Shown here: positions 45,591-56,024 of the stretch, piece after piece | Layout: each line of letters starts with the position of its first letter | How positions within the stretch are numbered: the first letter of the stretch is position 1 | Assembly: GCA_964554805.1 (NCBI GenBank) | Contig: CAZKPX010000001.1 | Span: 48,245 to 112,244 of the forward strand | DNA from: an uncultured Candidatus Saccharibacteria bacterium | GTDB lineage: Bacteria > Patescibacteriota > CAZHWT01 | Reading direction: 5' to 3' | DNA: 64,000 nt | Position numbers and translations under genes: made by a program | Notes under the pieces: model-generated | The model's database searches: none | Told to the model about the DNA's origin: nothing | The model's input: the letters and a program-made list of their open reading frames with translations, nothing else

Positions 45591-46685
45591 TTAATCTTGC
45601 TCCGTCATATCGGCAGATGCCTCAGTTCCAATTTCGCCATCTGCATTGTTGCCGATTTCGAATGGAACGACATTCTTGGAATTACGGATTTTGGAGTTAA
45701 TTTCTTCCATGACTTTAGGGTTCTCTTGGAAGTAGCGTTTGGCGCCTTCTCGGCCCTGGCCAATCTTGTTGTCGCCATAGCTAAACCACGATCCAGCCTT
45801 ATTGATAATTCCAAGTTCAACACCTACGTCCAAAGTGCTGCCTGATTGGGAGATGCCCTCATTAAACATAATATCAAATTCGGCAGTGCGGAATGGCGGA
45901 GCGACCTTGTTCTTCACCACCTTCACCTTGGTCTGGTTGCCGGTGACATTATCCATGTCTTTGATCTGTCCTGTGCGACGGACTTCTAATCGAACTGAGG
46001 CGTAGAACTTGAGGGCTTTACCTCCGGTGGTTGTTTCCGGATTGCCGAACATAACGCCGATTTTGTCACGAAGTTGGTTGGTGAAGATAACCGTGGTGTT
46101 GGCACGTGAAATAGCACCTGTTAGTTTCCGTAGAGCCTGGCTCATCAATCTGGCCTGAAGACCCATGTGCGAATCGCCCATATCGCCTTCCAGCTCAGCT
46201 CGTGGAGTTAAGGCCGCAACTGAGTCGACGACAATAATATCGACAGCACCAGAACGAATGAGCGTCTCAGTAATTTCTAGAGCCTGTTCACCATTATCTG
46301 GCTGGGAGACCAGCAAGTTGTCAATGTCGACGCCTATTTTTTGGGCATACATTGGATCTAGAGCGTGCTCGGCATCAACAAAGGCAGCGGTGCCGCCATT
46401 GCGCTGGATCTCTGCTACAGCATGTAAGGCCAGGGTGGTTTTACCTGAAGACTCAGGACCATATATCTCAATAATACGACCTTTAGGATAGCCGCCGCCG
46501 AGGGCCATATCTAGGGCAATAGATCCTGATGAAATGCATTCAACATTCATCTTTCCTTCAGAATCGCCAAGCTTCATGATGGAGCCTTTGCCGAATTGCT
46601 TTTCAATCTGCTCCATAGCCAGCTTCATGGCCTGAAGCTTGTCATCGTTGCTATTGGTTTTTTTATTGTCTGCTGCAGTTGCCAT
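45591..46685 (-). CDS. recA: Recombinase RecA.
   Basis: [32 protein letters not shown] and full-length RecA similarity. Confidence 0.9.
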   Translation of the reverse strand: MATAADNKKTNSNDDKLQAMKLAMEQIEKQFGKGSIMKLGDSEGKMNVECISSGSIALDMALGGGYPKGRIIEIYGPESSGKTTLALHAVAEIQRNGGTAAFVDAEHALDPMYAQKIGVDIDNLLVSQPDNGEQALEITETLIRSGAVDIIVVDSVAALTPRAELEGDMGDSHMGLQARLMSQALRKLTGAISRANTTVIFTNQLRDKIGVMFGNPETTTGGKALKFYASVRLEVRRTGQIKDMDNVTGNQTKVKVVKNKVAPPFRTAEFDIMFNEGISQSGSTLDVGVELGIINKAGSWFSYGDNKIGQGREGAKRYFQENPKVMEEINSKIRNSKNVVPFEIGNNADGEIGTEASADMTEQD

Positions 46686-46807
46686 TTGGACACCTTTCTT
46701 ATATGTTTTAAAATCTGAAGATTGGTCGACTATTACTATAGCAGAATTACGAGGCTTGATAAACTTGGTTGATCTGCTGATTTATTGAATAATTGGGACC
46801 AGTCAGA

Positions 46808-46836
46808 CTATACCGAAATAAACCCGAATATGTCAA
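46808..46836 (-). promoter_or_regulatory. recA promoter TTGACA-17-TATAGT.
   Basis: The minus strand reads ccgTTGACA-tattcgggtttatttcgg-TATAGT. Upstream is a T-rich TTTTGCC-repeat region at 46845-46910. Confidence 0.5.
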
Positions 46837-46922
46837 CGGACAAGCGAGGGAAAGGCAAAAATCAAAAGGCAAAAGACAAAAATTAAAGGGCAAGAGGCAA
46901 AAGTGACAGCAGAAAACCTGAG

Positions 46923-48446
46923 CTAGTCCCAGTTGGAGTTGGTGGGCGGGTGGAAGTTTGGGTCTACTTGGAGCTGTTGTTGATTTAATAGTAGCTGCTC
47001 TTGGGTTCTGCTCCAGTTCCATGACTGCCAGGATGACTGATTTTTGCCTTTGACAGAACTGTACTGGTTTAAATCCATTTGGAGATAAAATGCTGTGCTT
47101 TGGGCTAAAAGCTGATCTTCATCATCAAGAAGTGGAATGAGAGCTGGGGTAGCGTCGGCTGAGAGGCTGGCAAGATGAACAAGATCGATTTTGCCAGTTT
47201 GGTGATAGCGTTGGATATTCTGCTGGGCAATGAAAGCTTCTGGGTTGAGTAGGTTGAGAGCGATGACTATCACAACCGTCGAGCTGATGAGTGAAGGACC
47301 GACAATTATTGCTGGTAGTTGCTTGACTATCTGCATGAAGATGATTATGAGGACAGAGCATAACCAGGCGGCAAAGGCATAAGCCAAAAGTCTGGTGACA
47401 GTGAAACCATAGGCTTGCTCATAGAGCCACAGTCTATTGATAGCTGAGGCAAGAACGACTAAAACAAGAATAATCAGACTGGATCCTAGGCGAGCTTGCC
47501 ATGATTTGAGACCTTGTGAAGCCAGATGAGGCTTGGTTAGCCAAAGTACGCCTACGGCGATGAGGGCTGTCCAGATTAATTCGTTGAAACCGCTGCGAGC
47601 GTAATCAGCATAGGTGATGGCACTAGATTCAAGATAGGCTTGTCCGCCAAAGAGGTAGACTGACTGGAATAGCAGATAGAGCAAGAAAACTCCATTGATA
47701 ACGGTCAATACTATCTGTGATTCAGTTTGACCAATAATGGTTTTGTCCTGATGGCTATAGGCAAAGGACTGACCTTTGCGGACTATGAAGGAGAAGGCTG
47801 CGGCGAAAAATCCTGCTACGAATAGGATCATCAATATGATAGTAAACCAACCACCTTGCATTAGGCTGAGTGGATTGAATATGTTGTTTAGAAAAGAGCC
47901 GAGAGCTGGGTCAGCCCGAGAAAATAGAGCTAGCAGTACGCCAGCGATAGGCAGGGCAATCATCAGGCCGCGAATGATGGAACTAGCGCTGGAGATCTTG
48001 GCTTGGGGTTTGGTAATAGCTTGGGACAGGGTTTGAAAGAAAGGAACTATCCACCATAAAGGCAAAAATGCTACTAAGAAGTACCCTTGTGGTGGCATAA
48101 AAATTGAGCGTTTGGATAATCGCCAGACTGTTAAGAGCCCTAAACCGAAGAGCACCATCAGATTTAGCACGGCCATAAAATTGCTGGCTCGCCAAACAAG
48201 CATAAAAACCAAGTAAGCTGCTATGCCGATGATCATCCAGACTGATTTGGGCCAGCTATTGTTGAAGTCCCGGCTGGTAATCAACCAGGTTGCTGCAATC
48301 ACAATTGCCAAATAAACCAGGCTAGATAGACCAATGCCTTGATTCCAGAAACAAATATAGAACGCAAACCCAAGCAATGCGCCTACGGCTAGAATTGTTT
48401 GGGATTTGGCTTGAATATTGATGGGTGTATTTGGCTGATGATTCAT
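46923..48446 (-). CDS. Large polytopic membrane protein, uncharacterized (DUF4153/4173-like).
   Basis: 507 aa with more than 10 TM helices and a C-terminal soluble tail. Confidence 0.45.
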   Translation of the reverse strand: MNHQPNTPINIQAKSQTILAVGALLGFAFYICFWNQGIGLSSLVYLAIVIAATWLITSRDFNNSWPKSVWMIIGIAAYLVFMLVWRASNFMAVLNLMVLFGLGLLTVWRLSKRSIFMPPQGYFLVAFLPLWWIVPFFQTLSQAITKPQAKISSASSIIRGLMIALPIAGVLLALFSRADPALGSFLNNIFNPLSLMQGGWFTIILMILFVAGFFAAAFSFIVRKGQSFAYSHQDKTIIGQTESQIVLTVINGVFLLYLLFQSVYLFGGQAYLESSAITYADYARSGFNELIWTALIAVGVLWLTKPHLASQGLKSWQARLGSSLIILVLVVLASAINRLWLYEQAYGFTVTRLLAYAFAAWLCSVLIIIFMQIVKQLPAIIVGPSLISSTVVIVIALNLLNPEAFIAQQNIQRYHQTGKIDLVHLASLSADATPALIPLLDDEDQLLAQSTAFYLQMDLNQYSSVKGKNQSSWQSWNWSRTQEQLLLNQQQLQVDPNFHPPTNSNWD

Positions 48447-48542
48447 AGCTCGTGATGCCTTTATATGTTGAGCATCATATCAAACTATTTATCGTTTTAC
48501 AATATATTAATATTGAATATCAGTTGTTAGTCCTAGAGATAC

Positions 48543-49157
48543 TCATTTATAGGCGATGACTTGAATCTGATAAGCATTTTCGATCATTGCCTGGTCGACA
48601 AGGTCAATGCTCTTAAATCCAACCTTAGTCAGCAAAGCATTTAAGTCATCTGCTTGCCAATAGCAGAAATATCGAGGCGCATTTATTTTGGCTTCTGACC
48701 AAGATTCTCCATGGCCTTGCTTAACAGTAAAAGCAAAGCGACCATTTTCCTTAAGTGCGTTGTAAATTTTAACTAGCACTTGCTCTGTTTCGGATCGAGT
48801 GAAATGCAACAAGACAGCATTGGCAAATAGTAGGTCATAAGGACCTACTAGCTTGTCCGTGATTGCATTAAAATGTCTGGCTGAGAAACCACTCTTATTT
48901 AAGTGATCGACAAAACCTGTGACTGCATCGGTGCATTGAACCGTATGGCCTTTTGATTGCATATAGGCCGCATCACGACCAAAAGCGCTACCTAATTCTA
49001 AAATGGCAGCGTCTTGCGGCAAGCCATTAATGGATCGATCAATCCAGGCCTTAACCACGTCGCTAGCCTGAGCAGGAGTCCCATTAATATAGTCTTGTAA
49101 GTGCTGCTCGTACGATTGAATGGTGGTGGAATTTTCTTGACTCATATCTTGACTCAT
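48543..49157 (-). CDS. Class I SAM-dependent methyltransferase.
   Basis: SAM-binding motif ILELGSAFGRDAAY. Start set at ATG 49157 because the track ORF (to 49232) runs through the tRNA. Confidence 0.6.
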   Translation of the reverse strand: MSQDMSQENSTTIQSYEQHLQDYINGTPAQASDVVKAWIDRSINGLPQDAAILELGSAFGRDAAYMQSKGHTVQCTDAVTGFVDHLNKSGFSARHFNAITDKLVGPYDLLFANAVLLHFTRSETEQVLVKIYNALKENGRFAFTVKQGHGESWSEAKINAPRYFCYWQADDLNALLTKVGFKSIDLVDQAMIENAYQIQVIAYK

Positions 49158-49161
49158 ATAT

Positions 49162-49238
49162 TGGTCGGGGTGAGAGGACTTGAACCTCCGGCCTCTAGTA
49201 CCCCATACTAGCGCGCTAGCCAACTGCGCCACACCCCG
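49162..49238 (-). tRNA. tRNA-Pro (anticodon GGG).
   Basis: CGGGGTGTGGCGCAGTTGGCTAGCGCGCTAGTATGGGGTACTAGAGGCCGGAGGTTCAAGTCCTCTCACCCCGACCA. It has a 7-bp acceptor stem, D and T arms, anticodon loop aT-GGG-gT and an encoded CCA. Confidence 0.8.
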
Positions 49239-50037
49239 AAAATTAAATCAAACCTTAAAAGGCAAAGGTCAAAAGTTACATTCAAAAGGCACAGGTAATG
49301 CATGGGGACATTGGGCCGATTGACTTGTGGATTATAGCAGATGTCGGTTAATTGTTCATCTGAACCTTTGCTGGTGCGTTGAACTAAAGTGGAACAGACC
49401 TTGTAGAATAAGAAGGGTCAAAACCACAAATTCATACAGAAAGGACCTGTTCCCTGAAGAGTATACCAAATAAAAGAATGCCCTCCTCAGAGGCTGAGTG
49501 CAAGCGTCTAGTGTGGGAGTTGGTCTCTGGTAGTACCTCCTGCGCTCACTGCCAGAGGTCTTTCGTATTCAGGCAAACAGCTTGTCTATGGGTGGGGCAA
49601 GTACTGCCGCATCAAGGGGCTATCCTACTCTCAGCGCCAGATACTGGTCTTATCCAAAGCTTTCTTGAGTGCCATGTGATTCCTGCTAGCTTGGTGGCGA
49701 GCGATGCAGCAGGCTACTACTCTGGTATTGCATAGATAGGCTACATGGTAGAGAAATCTGGAATCACTCTCAGGGACACTGTACCGGCACTAACCGTCTT
49801 GAGAATCTGTGGAGTCAGATGAAGCGACGATTGAGGGGGCCTCATATAACCCATGTAGAAATGACCAAACAGAAGCTGCAACTATTCCTCAATGAGTGGA
49901 TGGCCAGACATAGCTAGCCCCACACTTATTTGCCAGTCCGAAAGTCTATCTACAAGCAATGCTTGTTCCGCTTTGGTTGACTGCACCCAAGTTAAGCATT
50001 TCGGCTATTTTGGATAATATATGAGACAATAGCAATC

Positions 50038-51297
50038 ATGAAGAAGACATCTACTCGCAAGCCGGAAACTATCTATGAGGTGCTGGTTATCGGTGGTGGG
50101 GCGGCTGGAATGATGACAGCTATTGTGGCTGCAGAGGCGGGTAAAAAGGTTATATTGCTGGAGAAAAATAGCCAACTCGGCTCCAAATTGGCTATTACTG
50201 GGGGTGGTCGGTGCAATATAACCAATGCTGAATTTGATAATCGCACCTTATTGGCTCATTATGGCCCGGCAGCTGACTACCTTTACTCCCCTTTTGCACA
50301 ATTTACGGTTAAGGAGACAATGGCATGGTTTGAAGATGGTGGTTTGAAGCTGTCGACTCAAGCCAAGAATCGAGTCTTTCCGGACAGCGAAAAGGCTGAG
50401 GATGTGGTGCGTTTTTTGCAATTACGACTACGACAGGCACGGGTCACGGTAAAACTTGGCTGTCAGGTCAATTCGATACAACAGGCCGATGGTCGGATAA
50501 TTGGGGTTCATACTTCCCTTGGCAACATTAAAGCTGCCTCGTATGTGTTGGCTTGCGGAGGATTATCTCGCCCTGAGACCGGCTCGACCGGGGATGGTTT
50601 TAAATGGTTGGAAAAGCTGGGTCATAGTGTGCGACAACCTACGCCAAGCATCGTGCCGATTGCCGTATCCGAGAGATGGGTGAGACATCTAGCAGGCAAA
50701 ACTGTATCTAGTCGTGTCTATGTGTGGCTGGATGGTAAACAGCAATTTCGCATCGATGGTCGAATTTTGTTTACTCACTTTGGCTTGTCTGGTCCAACTA
50801 TTCTTAATAGCGCGGCCAAGATAGGTGAGTTGATGGAGGCGGGCAAGGTACAGCTGACACTCGATTTGTTTCCCGATTTGGACCATGGCGCTTGCGATCG
50901 GAAGCTGGTTGAACTATTTGATACTCATAAGAATAAGGAGCTGAAGACTGTTCTGAAAGAATGGCTGCCTGACGGGCTATCAACTTTGCCCAAATTGGCT
51001 ATGCCAAATTTACTATTAGAAACTAAGATTCATAGCGTTAGCAAAGAGCAGCGTAAAGAGTTGGTTCATTTTGTTAAAGCCGTGCCGCTAACTGTTAGCC
51101 ACTTGCTGGGTTTTGATAAAGCAGTGGTGGCTGATGGAGGTGTGTCGCTAAAAGAGATTGATATGAGGACAATGCGCTCTACTTCCATGCAGAATTTGTT
51201 GGTCGTGGGTGACCTGCTTGATATAAAACGGCCGTCTGGCGGCTATTCGCTTCAACTGTGCTGGACTACTGGTTTTGTGGCGGGCAAACATGCATAG
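50038..51297 (+). CDS. HI0933-like (BaiN-type) flavoprotein, NAD(P)/FAD-binding.
   Basis: Rossmann motif VIGGGAAGMMTAIVAAEAGKKVILLEK and typical length and family motifs. Confidence 0.7.
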   Translation: MKKTSTRKPETIYEVLVIGGGAAGMMTAIVAAEAGKKVILLEKNSQLGSKLAITGGGRCNITNAEFDNRTLLAHYGPAADYLYSPFAQFTVKETMAWFEDGGLKLSTQAKNRVFPDSEKAEDVVRFLQLRLRQARVTVKLGCQVNSIQQADGRIIGVHTSLGNIKAASYVLACGGLSRPETGSTGDGFKWLEKLGHSVRQPTPSIVPIAVSERWVRHLAGKTVSSRVYVWLDGKQQFRIDGRILFTHFGLSGPTILNSAAKIGELMEAGKVQLTLDLFPDLDHGACDRKLVELFDTHKNKELKTVLKEWLPDGLSTLPKLAMPNLLLETKIHSVSKEQRKELVHFVKAVPLTVSHLLGFDKAVVADGGVSLKEIDMRTMRSTSMQNLLVVGDLLDIKRPSGGYSLQLCWTTGFVAGKHA

Positions 51298-51368
51298 ACG
51301 GTATATCTATCATGACTAAAAATGTGAAAATGGCGCCGCTGCAATTTGTATGCAGGGCGCCATTGTTG

Positions 51369-51959
51369 CTAGGTGGCTGAAGGGTGAATGGTGATGCGGA
51401 CTGCTTCAGTCCAATGATCACTATCATCCACTCGGTCTTTGTCGAACGCCACCAGATCGAGATAGTCCCAATACTCGCGACTATCGGTGGACGAAAGTTG
51501 TCCAGCGTGCAATTGAATGCCGGGGTGAACTTCTACCTGCCAAGCCTCTTTGTTGGGATTGACGATAAATAGCTGCGACGGCTGCTGAGTCAGATTGGCG
51601 AAATACTGCGCCAAACCGATGAGCTCCTTGAGAGCCCTGCTGGCATTGTGCTTCTTGCGCGAGCGCAGGATGACTCTGGCTGTGACTGACGAGGATTCTA
51701 GATGACTCAACGTCACTAAGACCGCCAACCCGTCCAGACTTCCCCGCCATGCATAGAGTGAAGGGTAATAACTCGGCTCCATGGCTAGCAGTTGACCGAC
51801 AAATCGGCCGTGTTTTTTGGTAACTTTTTCTGGAGGCTGCGAAGCATGCCTGGATCGCAGTGCTTCTAGCTGCTCATCCTCCCCAATGTTCGAGGCGGTG
51901 GAGATAGCCTTCGAAGTAACGAGCCCACACAGGCTCAAGGCCGTTATGATGAGACTCAT
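51369..51959 (-). CDS. Hypothetical secreted protein or lipoprotein.
   Basis: N-terminal signal-like segment MSLIITALSLCGLVTS. No recognisable domain. Confidence 0.4.
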   Translation of the reverse strand: MSLIITALSLCGLVTSKAISTASNIGEDEQLEALRSRHASQPPEKVTKKHGRFVGQLLAMEPSYYPSLYAWRGSLDGLAVLVTLSHLESSSVTARVILRSRKKHNASRALKELIGLAQYFANLTQQPSQLFIVNPNKEAWQVEVHPGIQLHAGQLSSTDSREYWDYLDLVAFDKDRVDDSDHWTEAVRITIHPSAT

Positions 51960-52055
51960 GTCACTACTCCTCTTTACTTGAAATTGTGCAAGTTAAACCA
52001 AAGTATTGTAACTTATTTTTCATACAATATCAATACTATGGGTTTCTAGTATAAT

Positions 52056-52811
52056 TTAAAGCTCGTCGAAAAGTTGGAGTGGAGACTGTTGGATAATACT
52101 AAAACCTTCGGCCAGGTGGGTGTGGCCATTGCGCATTTGATACCCTCTGACTTTGAGTAGACTGGCTATATATTCTGTCTCTTCTGGTGTTGCTTGAGAG
52201 GCATAGTGTGCCCACAGCTCTAGTTTGAGCTGAGCAAAATCTGTTACATCGACAAGGATATCCGGCTGAATAGAATATGCACCTTCGGCAGCTAACAGTT
52301 GTGGCACTCGCCATGGTTGGCCAAGTTCGGGCTGAATGCCAGAGGCTGCCAATTTGACAGCTTCGACACCGAGCTGATGGGCGGCAATATGATCCCGATG
52401 CCAGTCGTGCCAATGATGAAGAATGACAGTTTGTGGTTTTACTTGTCGAATGATGTTGACTAAACCAAGAATTAAGTCGCGACTTACCTCTAAGCATAAG
52501 TCTGGTTGATGGAATTCAAAAACTTTCTTCGTCCCAAGTAATTTGGTGGCCGCTAAAAATTCGCTCTGACGCAGCTCTGCTAAGCCATTGACCAAGAATT
52601 GATCTCTAAAATCACGTCCGTCGCCAGAATCGGTCAATAAGGCTTCGTAGAGATGATAGCCCTGAGATTTGAGCTTGAACAATGTTCCGGCAGGCATGAC
52701 ATGGTCATCGGCGTGAGCAGAAATAGTAAGTACTGAAGGATGAACCAGAGAGTCATTCATACGGGTATGACTTACGCTTTCAATAAAACTGCGACAGATG
52801 CCGGAAGTCAT
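52056..52811 (-). CDS. PIG-L/LmbE family deacetylase.
   Basis: VLTISAHADDHVM (HxDD motif) and a downstream HHWHDWHRDH His cluster. Confidence 0.5.
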   Translation of the reverse strand: MTSGICRSFIESVSHTRMNDSLVHPSVLTISAHADDHVMPAGTLFKLKSQGYHLYEALLTDSGDGRDFRDQFLVNGLAELRQSEFLAATKLLGTKKVFEFHQPDLCLEVSRDLILGLVNIIRQVKPQTVILHHWHDWHRDHIAAHQLGVEAVKLAASGIQPELGQPWRVPQLLAAEGAYSIQPDILVDVTDFAQLKLELWAHYASQATPEETEYIASLLKVRGYQMRNGHTHLAEGFSIIQQSPLQLFDEL

Positions 52812-52895
52812 AGCAGGTAAGTATGTACCCTATATTACTATGGTTTCGCTGGTGATGACAATCTAATTATCTACCAACCGTGATACAATTGGAGT

Positions 52896-53369
52896 ATGAA
52901 TCAGGTGATCTTTGTGCCATGCTCTTATAACGAGTTTCCTATGTTGCGTCCGATGTTGGATTCTTATTCTGATGTCTTTGATTTTTATCAGAAACGACAG
53001 ATTACTGCCTTGGCTGGCAAGGCGCTCGATGAAGCATTTGCCGGACCGACTATGTTTATGGCAAGTCATGAAGGCACGGTGATTGGTTTTGTAGGTGGGG
53101 TGCGAGATAGCAATAATCCTTTTCAACTCAACATGTTTTGCTTGGTGGTTAAACGAGGCTATAACGGACAAGGTGTGGGGACAAATTTGTTTGCTTATGC
53201 TTGCGAAGAGCTGATGGAGTCGGGCTTTAAGCAAATCAAGGCTCAATTGCGCGGCACATACCCACCACGGGCTAAGCGTTTTTATACTAAGTTGGGTTTT
53301 AAGCAGTGGTTTGATGAGGAGTATACTGGTGCTTCTGACCAGGATATGTCGATGATGAAGATGCTCTAG
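52896..53369 (+). CDS. GNAT family N-acetyltransferase.
   Basis: Acetyl-CoA-binding motif (KRGYNGQGVGTNLF). Confidence 0.7.
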   Translation: MNQVIFVPCSYNEFPMLRPMLDSYSDVFDFYQKRQITALAGKALDEAFAGPTMFMASHEGTVIGFVGGVRDSNNPFQLNMFCLVVKRGYNGQGVGTNLFAYACEELMESGFKQIKAQLRGTYPPRAKRFYTKLGFKQWFDEEYTGASDQDMSMMKML

Positions 53370-53477
53370 CTGCAAGGCGGCCTCCTTGCAGCTAGAGCGA
53401 CGGGCGACGAGATTGTCATGCCATACACGTGTAGCTGAGGAATGTTGGCCTGTGTTTCTGGTGCGGTATAGTATACT

Positions 53478-53822
53478 GTGGGCATGAACTTTTTTGAGAA
53501 GGTGTATGTGGCAACTAAGGCTATCCCTTACGGACAGGTGGCGACATATGGGCAGATTGCGGCGGCTTTGGGTCAGCCTCGATCGGCGCGAATGGTTGGC
53601 ATAGCTCTATCAAAATGTGTCAGCAGTGATGTGCCCTGGCAACGGGTTATTAATCGTCATGGTATGATCTCGATTGAAAATATGGCTGTGGGCAAGGAAG
53701 ACCAGGCGAGATTGTTGAGAGATGAGGGGGTAGAAGTACGATTAGAGGAAAATAATTACTTTATCAACCTGTCCGACTACTTAGTTGAGGATGCTATTTT
53801 ACGACATGCAATTGCTGAATAA
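53478..53822 (+). CDS. Alkyltransferase-like protein (ATL; MGMT DNA-binding fold without the active-site Cys).
   Basis: YGQVATYGQIAAALGQPRSARMVGIALSKC...PWQRVIN. A PWxRV motif replaces the PCHRV of active MGMT. Confidence 0.6.
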   Translation: MGMNFFEKVYVATKAIPYGQVATYGQIAAALGQPRSARMVGIALSKCVSSDVPWQRVINRHGMISIENMAVGKEDQARLLRDEGVEVRLEENNYFINLSDYLVEDAILRHAIAE

Positions 53823-55593
53823 CCTGCTGGCTACGTTTCGAAGATTTACCCACATAACTCCGCTTCTGGTGACAATCCTGCTGGCTGCAATGGCTTGGCA
53901 ATTGGTGACAGGCGCCCAAGCTGATGGAGTGACTGTGGATGAGCCGATCCATTTGCTATCAGGGTATGCTACCTTGACCGAGCATCATATTTTGTTTGAT
54001 CCAGAGCACCCTTTTTTGATTAAAGCTATAGCGGCTGTGCCACTTGTGTGGCTCAATCCTACTATGCCTGAGCAGGCTCTTAACCTATCTGATGAGCAGC
54101 GGGATGTTAATTATATTACCTATGGCGAAGCTAATCGATGGGGCTGGGAGCTGCTATTTAATGAGGGTAATGACACGTACAAGATTCTGCTGGCTGCCAG
54201 AACCATGATGATTGGCTTGACCTTGATACTTGGGCTGGTGTTGTTTTTGTGGGCTCGTCAGATGTTCGGCGTGGTGGCTGGTTTGGCGACCTTGGCACTG
54301 TTTGCCTTTGATCCAACTATTCTTAGTCACGGTCATTATATAAATACTGATGTTGGCGCGGCCCTATTTTTTGTGGCTACACTAGCCAGCTTGTGGAATT
54401 TTTTGCATAAGAGGAGCTGGCAGTGGTTGATTGTAACTGGGGTGGTGTTGGGATTTGGCTTGCTGAGCAAATTCTCATTGGCTATGCTGGGTATCTTGCT
54501 GCCTCTTTTGGTTGCCGTTTGGCTAATCTATCATGGCCGACAATTAAATACTGTTAGCTTGAATGGTATTCGCCCTATACGATGGCTGTTATCTTGGTTG
54601 CCGCGCTTATCGATTGGTCAGCAAGTTTGGTTAAGTTATGTGCTGTCGGTGGTAGTCATTGGGCTGCTTAGCTTGGCAGTGGTATGGCTTGGTTATGGAT
54701 TGCTATGGCTGATAAACCCTTCAGACAATCCTATGCATCAGGCTATTTTCAAGCATCCGGCTGCGGCAGTGTTGGTGATATTCCCAGCCATGTTTGCTAA
54801 AGGCTTTGCCAATGTCATGACGCCGCGGGATAGTTATTTGCTTGGTCAGTGCTATAACGGCAGCCGCTGGGACTACTTTCCTAGTCTGTTCTTGTTTAAG
54901 ATGCCGCTAGGCAGTCTAACATTGCTGCTCATGGGGACAGTTAGCACGGTGGCTCTCATTGGCAAGCGGCTCCGATTTGACCGATTGAGTTTTGCATTTT
55001 GGTATCTGGCAATTGCTATTGGATCTTATTTGGCGTTCGCATCTTTGTCGGGCATAAATATTGGCATCCGCCATGCTTTGCCGGCCTACATTTTGCTGCT
55101 GGTGCCGGCTGGCTATGTGGCGGCCATGTTGTGGCATAAAGCTCGTCGGGCCCCGATCAACCTCCGTCGTTGGCAATGGTTGCCCGTAATCTTGATCGCC
55201 TGGACAGCCTTTAGCAGTCTGTTGGTTTGGCCATACTATTTGCCTTACTATAATGAATTATCGGGTGAGCCTAAGAATATTCCGTTTATATCGGATGACT
55301 CGAATACTGATTGGGGTCAAGGGACTCGGGCACTGTCTACCTATGTTAAAGATAAGGGTATTGAGTTTGTTGCTTATGATAATTTTGCAGGATTGGCGGA
55401 AGCTCGTTATCTCGAATTACCTCATCGACAAGCCGAACCGGCGGATCATGATTATAAGGGATATATGGCTATCTCGCGTTCAACAATGATTAATCATATG
55501 TGTCGACAAGCTAACGATTGGGGTTGGGTGATTGATAACTATACGCCGATTGATGTGGTGGGCGGAGCGGTTAATGTGTATCTGATTGATTAA
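53785..55593 (+). CDS. Family 39/83-like membrane glycosyltransferase (PMT/ArnT-type).
   Basis: About 12 TM helices, a first extracytoplasmic loop with the DEP motif (VDEPIHLL) and a C-terminal soluble domain. The likely start is internal (Met at 53806) because the track ORF overlaps the ATL gene. Confidence 0.6.
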   Translation: MRMLFYDMQLLNNLLATFRRFTHITPLLVTILLAAMAWQLVTGAQADGVTVDEPIHLLSGYATLTEHHILFDPEHPFLIKAIAAVPLVWLNPTMPEQALNLSDEQRDVNYITYGEANRWGWELLFNEGNDTYKILLAARTMMIGLTLILGLVLFLWARQMFGVVAGLATLALFAFDPTILSHGHYINTDVGAALFFVATLASLWNFLHKRSWQWLIVTGVVLGFGLLSKFSLAMLGILLPLLVAVWLIYHGRQLNTVSLNGIRPIRWLLSWLPRLSIGQQVWLSYVLSVVVIGLLSLAVVWLGYGLLWLINPSDNPMHQAIFKHPAAAVLVIFPAMFAKGFANVMTPRDSYLLGQCYNGSRWDYFPSLFLFKMPLGSLTLLLMGTVSTVALIGKRLRFDRLSFAFWYLAIAIGSYLAFASLSGINIGIRHALPAYILLLVPAGYVAAMLWHKARRAPINLRRWQWLPVILIAWTAFSSLLVWPYYLPYYNELSGEPKNIPFISDDSNTDWGQGTRALSTYVKDKGIEFVAYDNFAGLAEARYLELPHRQAEPADHDYKGYMAISRSTMINHMCRQANDWGWVIDNYTPIDVVGGAVNVYLID

Positions 55594-55598
55594 CGACT

Positions 55599-55793
55599 AT
55601 GGAATATTGGTTGCTTTCTATTTTGGTGGCGGCTGGGGTGGCGTTGATTGTGTTTGTGAATCACCGCGATACTGGATTTAAAGGTAAACGTCGATGCCCG
55701 AAGTGCAGTGCGCCGATGGTGTTGCGACATGGACCGCATGGTTCTTTTTATGGGTGTTCTAATTATGGTATTACTGGGTGCAAGGGGCGATAG
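55599..55793 (+). CDS. Small TM protein with a C4 zinc-ribbon.
   Basis: N-terminal TM helix, then CPKCSAPMV...GCSNYGITGC. Confidence 0.4.
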   Translation: MEYWLLSILVAAGVALIVFVNHRDTGFKGKRRCPKCSAPMVLRHGPHGSFYGCSNYGITGCKGR

Positions 55794-56024
55794 TCCTACT
55801 GATTATTTCAAGGCTCTGGTATTGGAATGTGCTATTTGCTATACTTTGGGTGTGCAGATATTGTTTTCGTCTCACTTCTGTTGTTGTTGCCAGTCACGGT
55901 AGTGGCTTGTAGCACTCTGTCTTTTTCTGACATTTTATTCTTTGAAATTCATAGCCTGCAAAAAAATAGGATCCTGTAAGCCACTTTCATAGTTTGATTA
56001 TTAAACTATACTAAAGGAGTGTTT

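Noticed and set aside
46747-47022. ORF 46747..47022 (-), 91 aa.
   Set aside because: It lies over the recA promoter and T-rich upstream region and overlaps the end of the 46923-48446 membrane-protein gene. Its composition is low-complexity.
49478-49735. ORF 49478..49735 (+) as a real gene.
   Set aside because: It has no SD and sits in a degenerate region beside the tRNA. It is more likely part of a decayed element.
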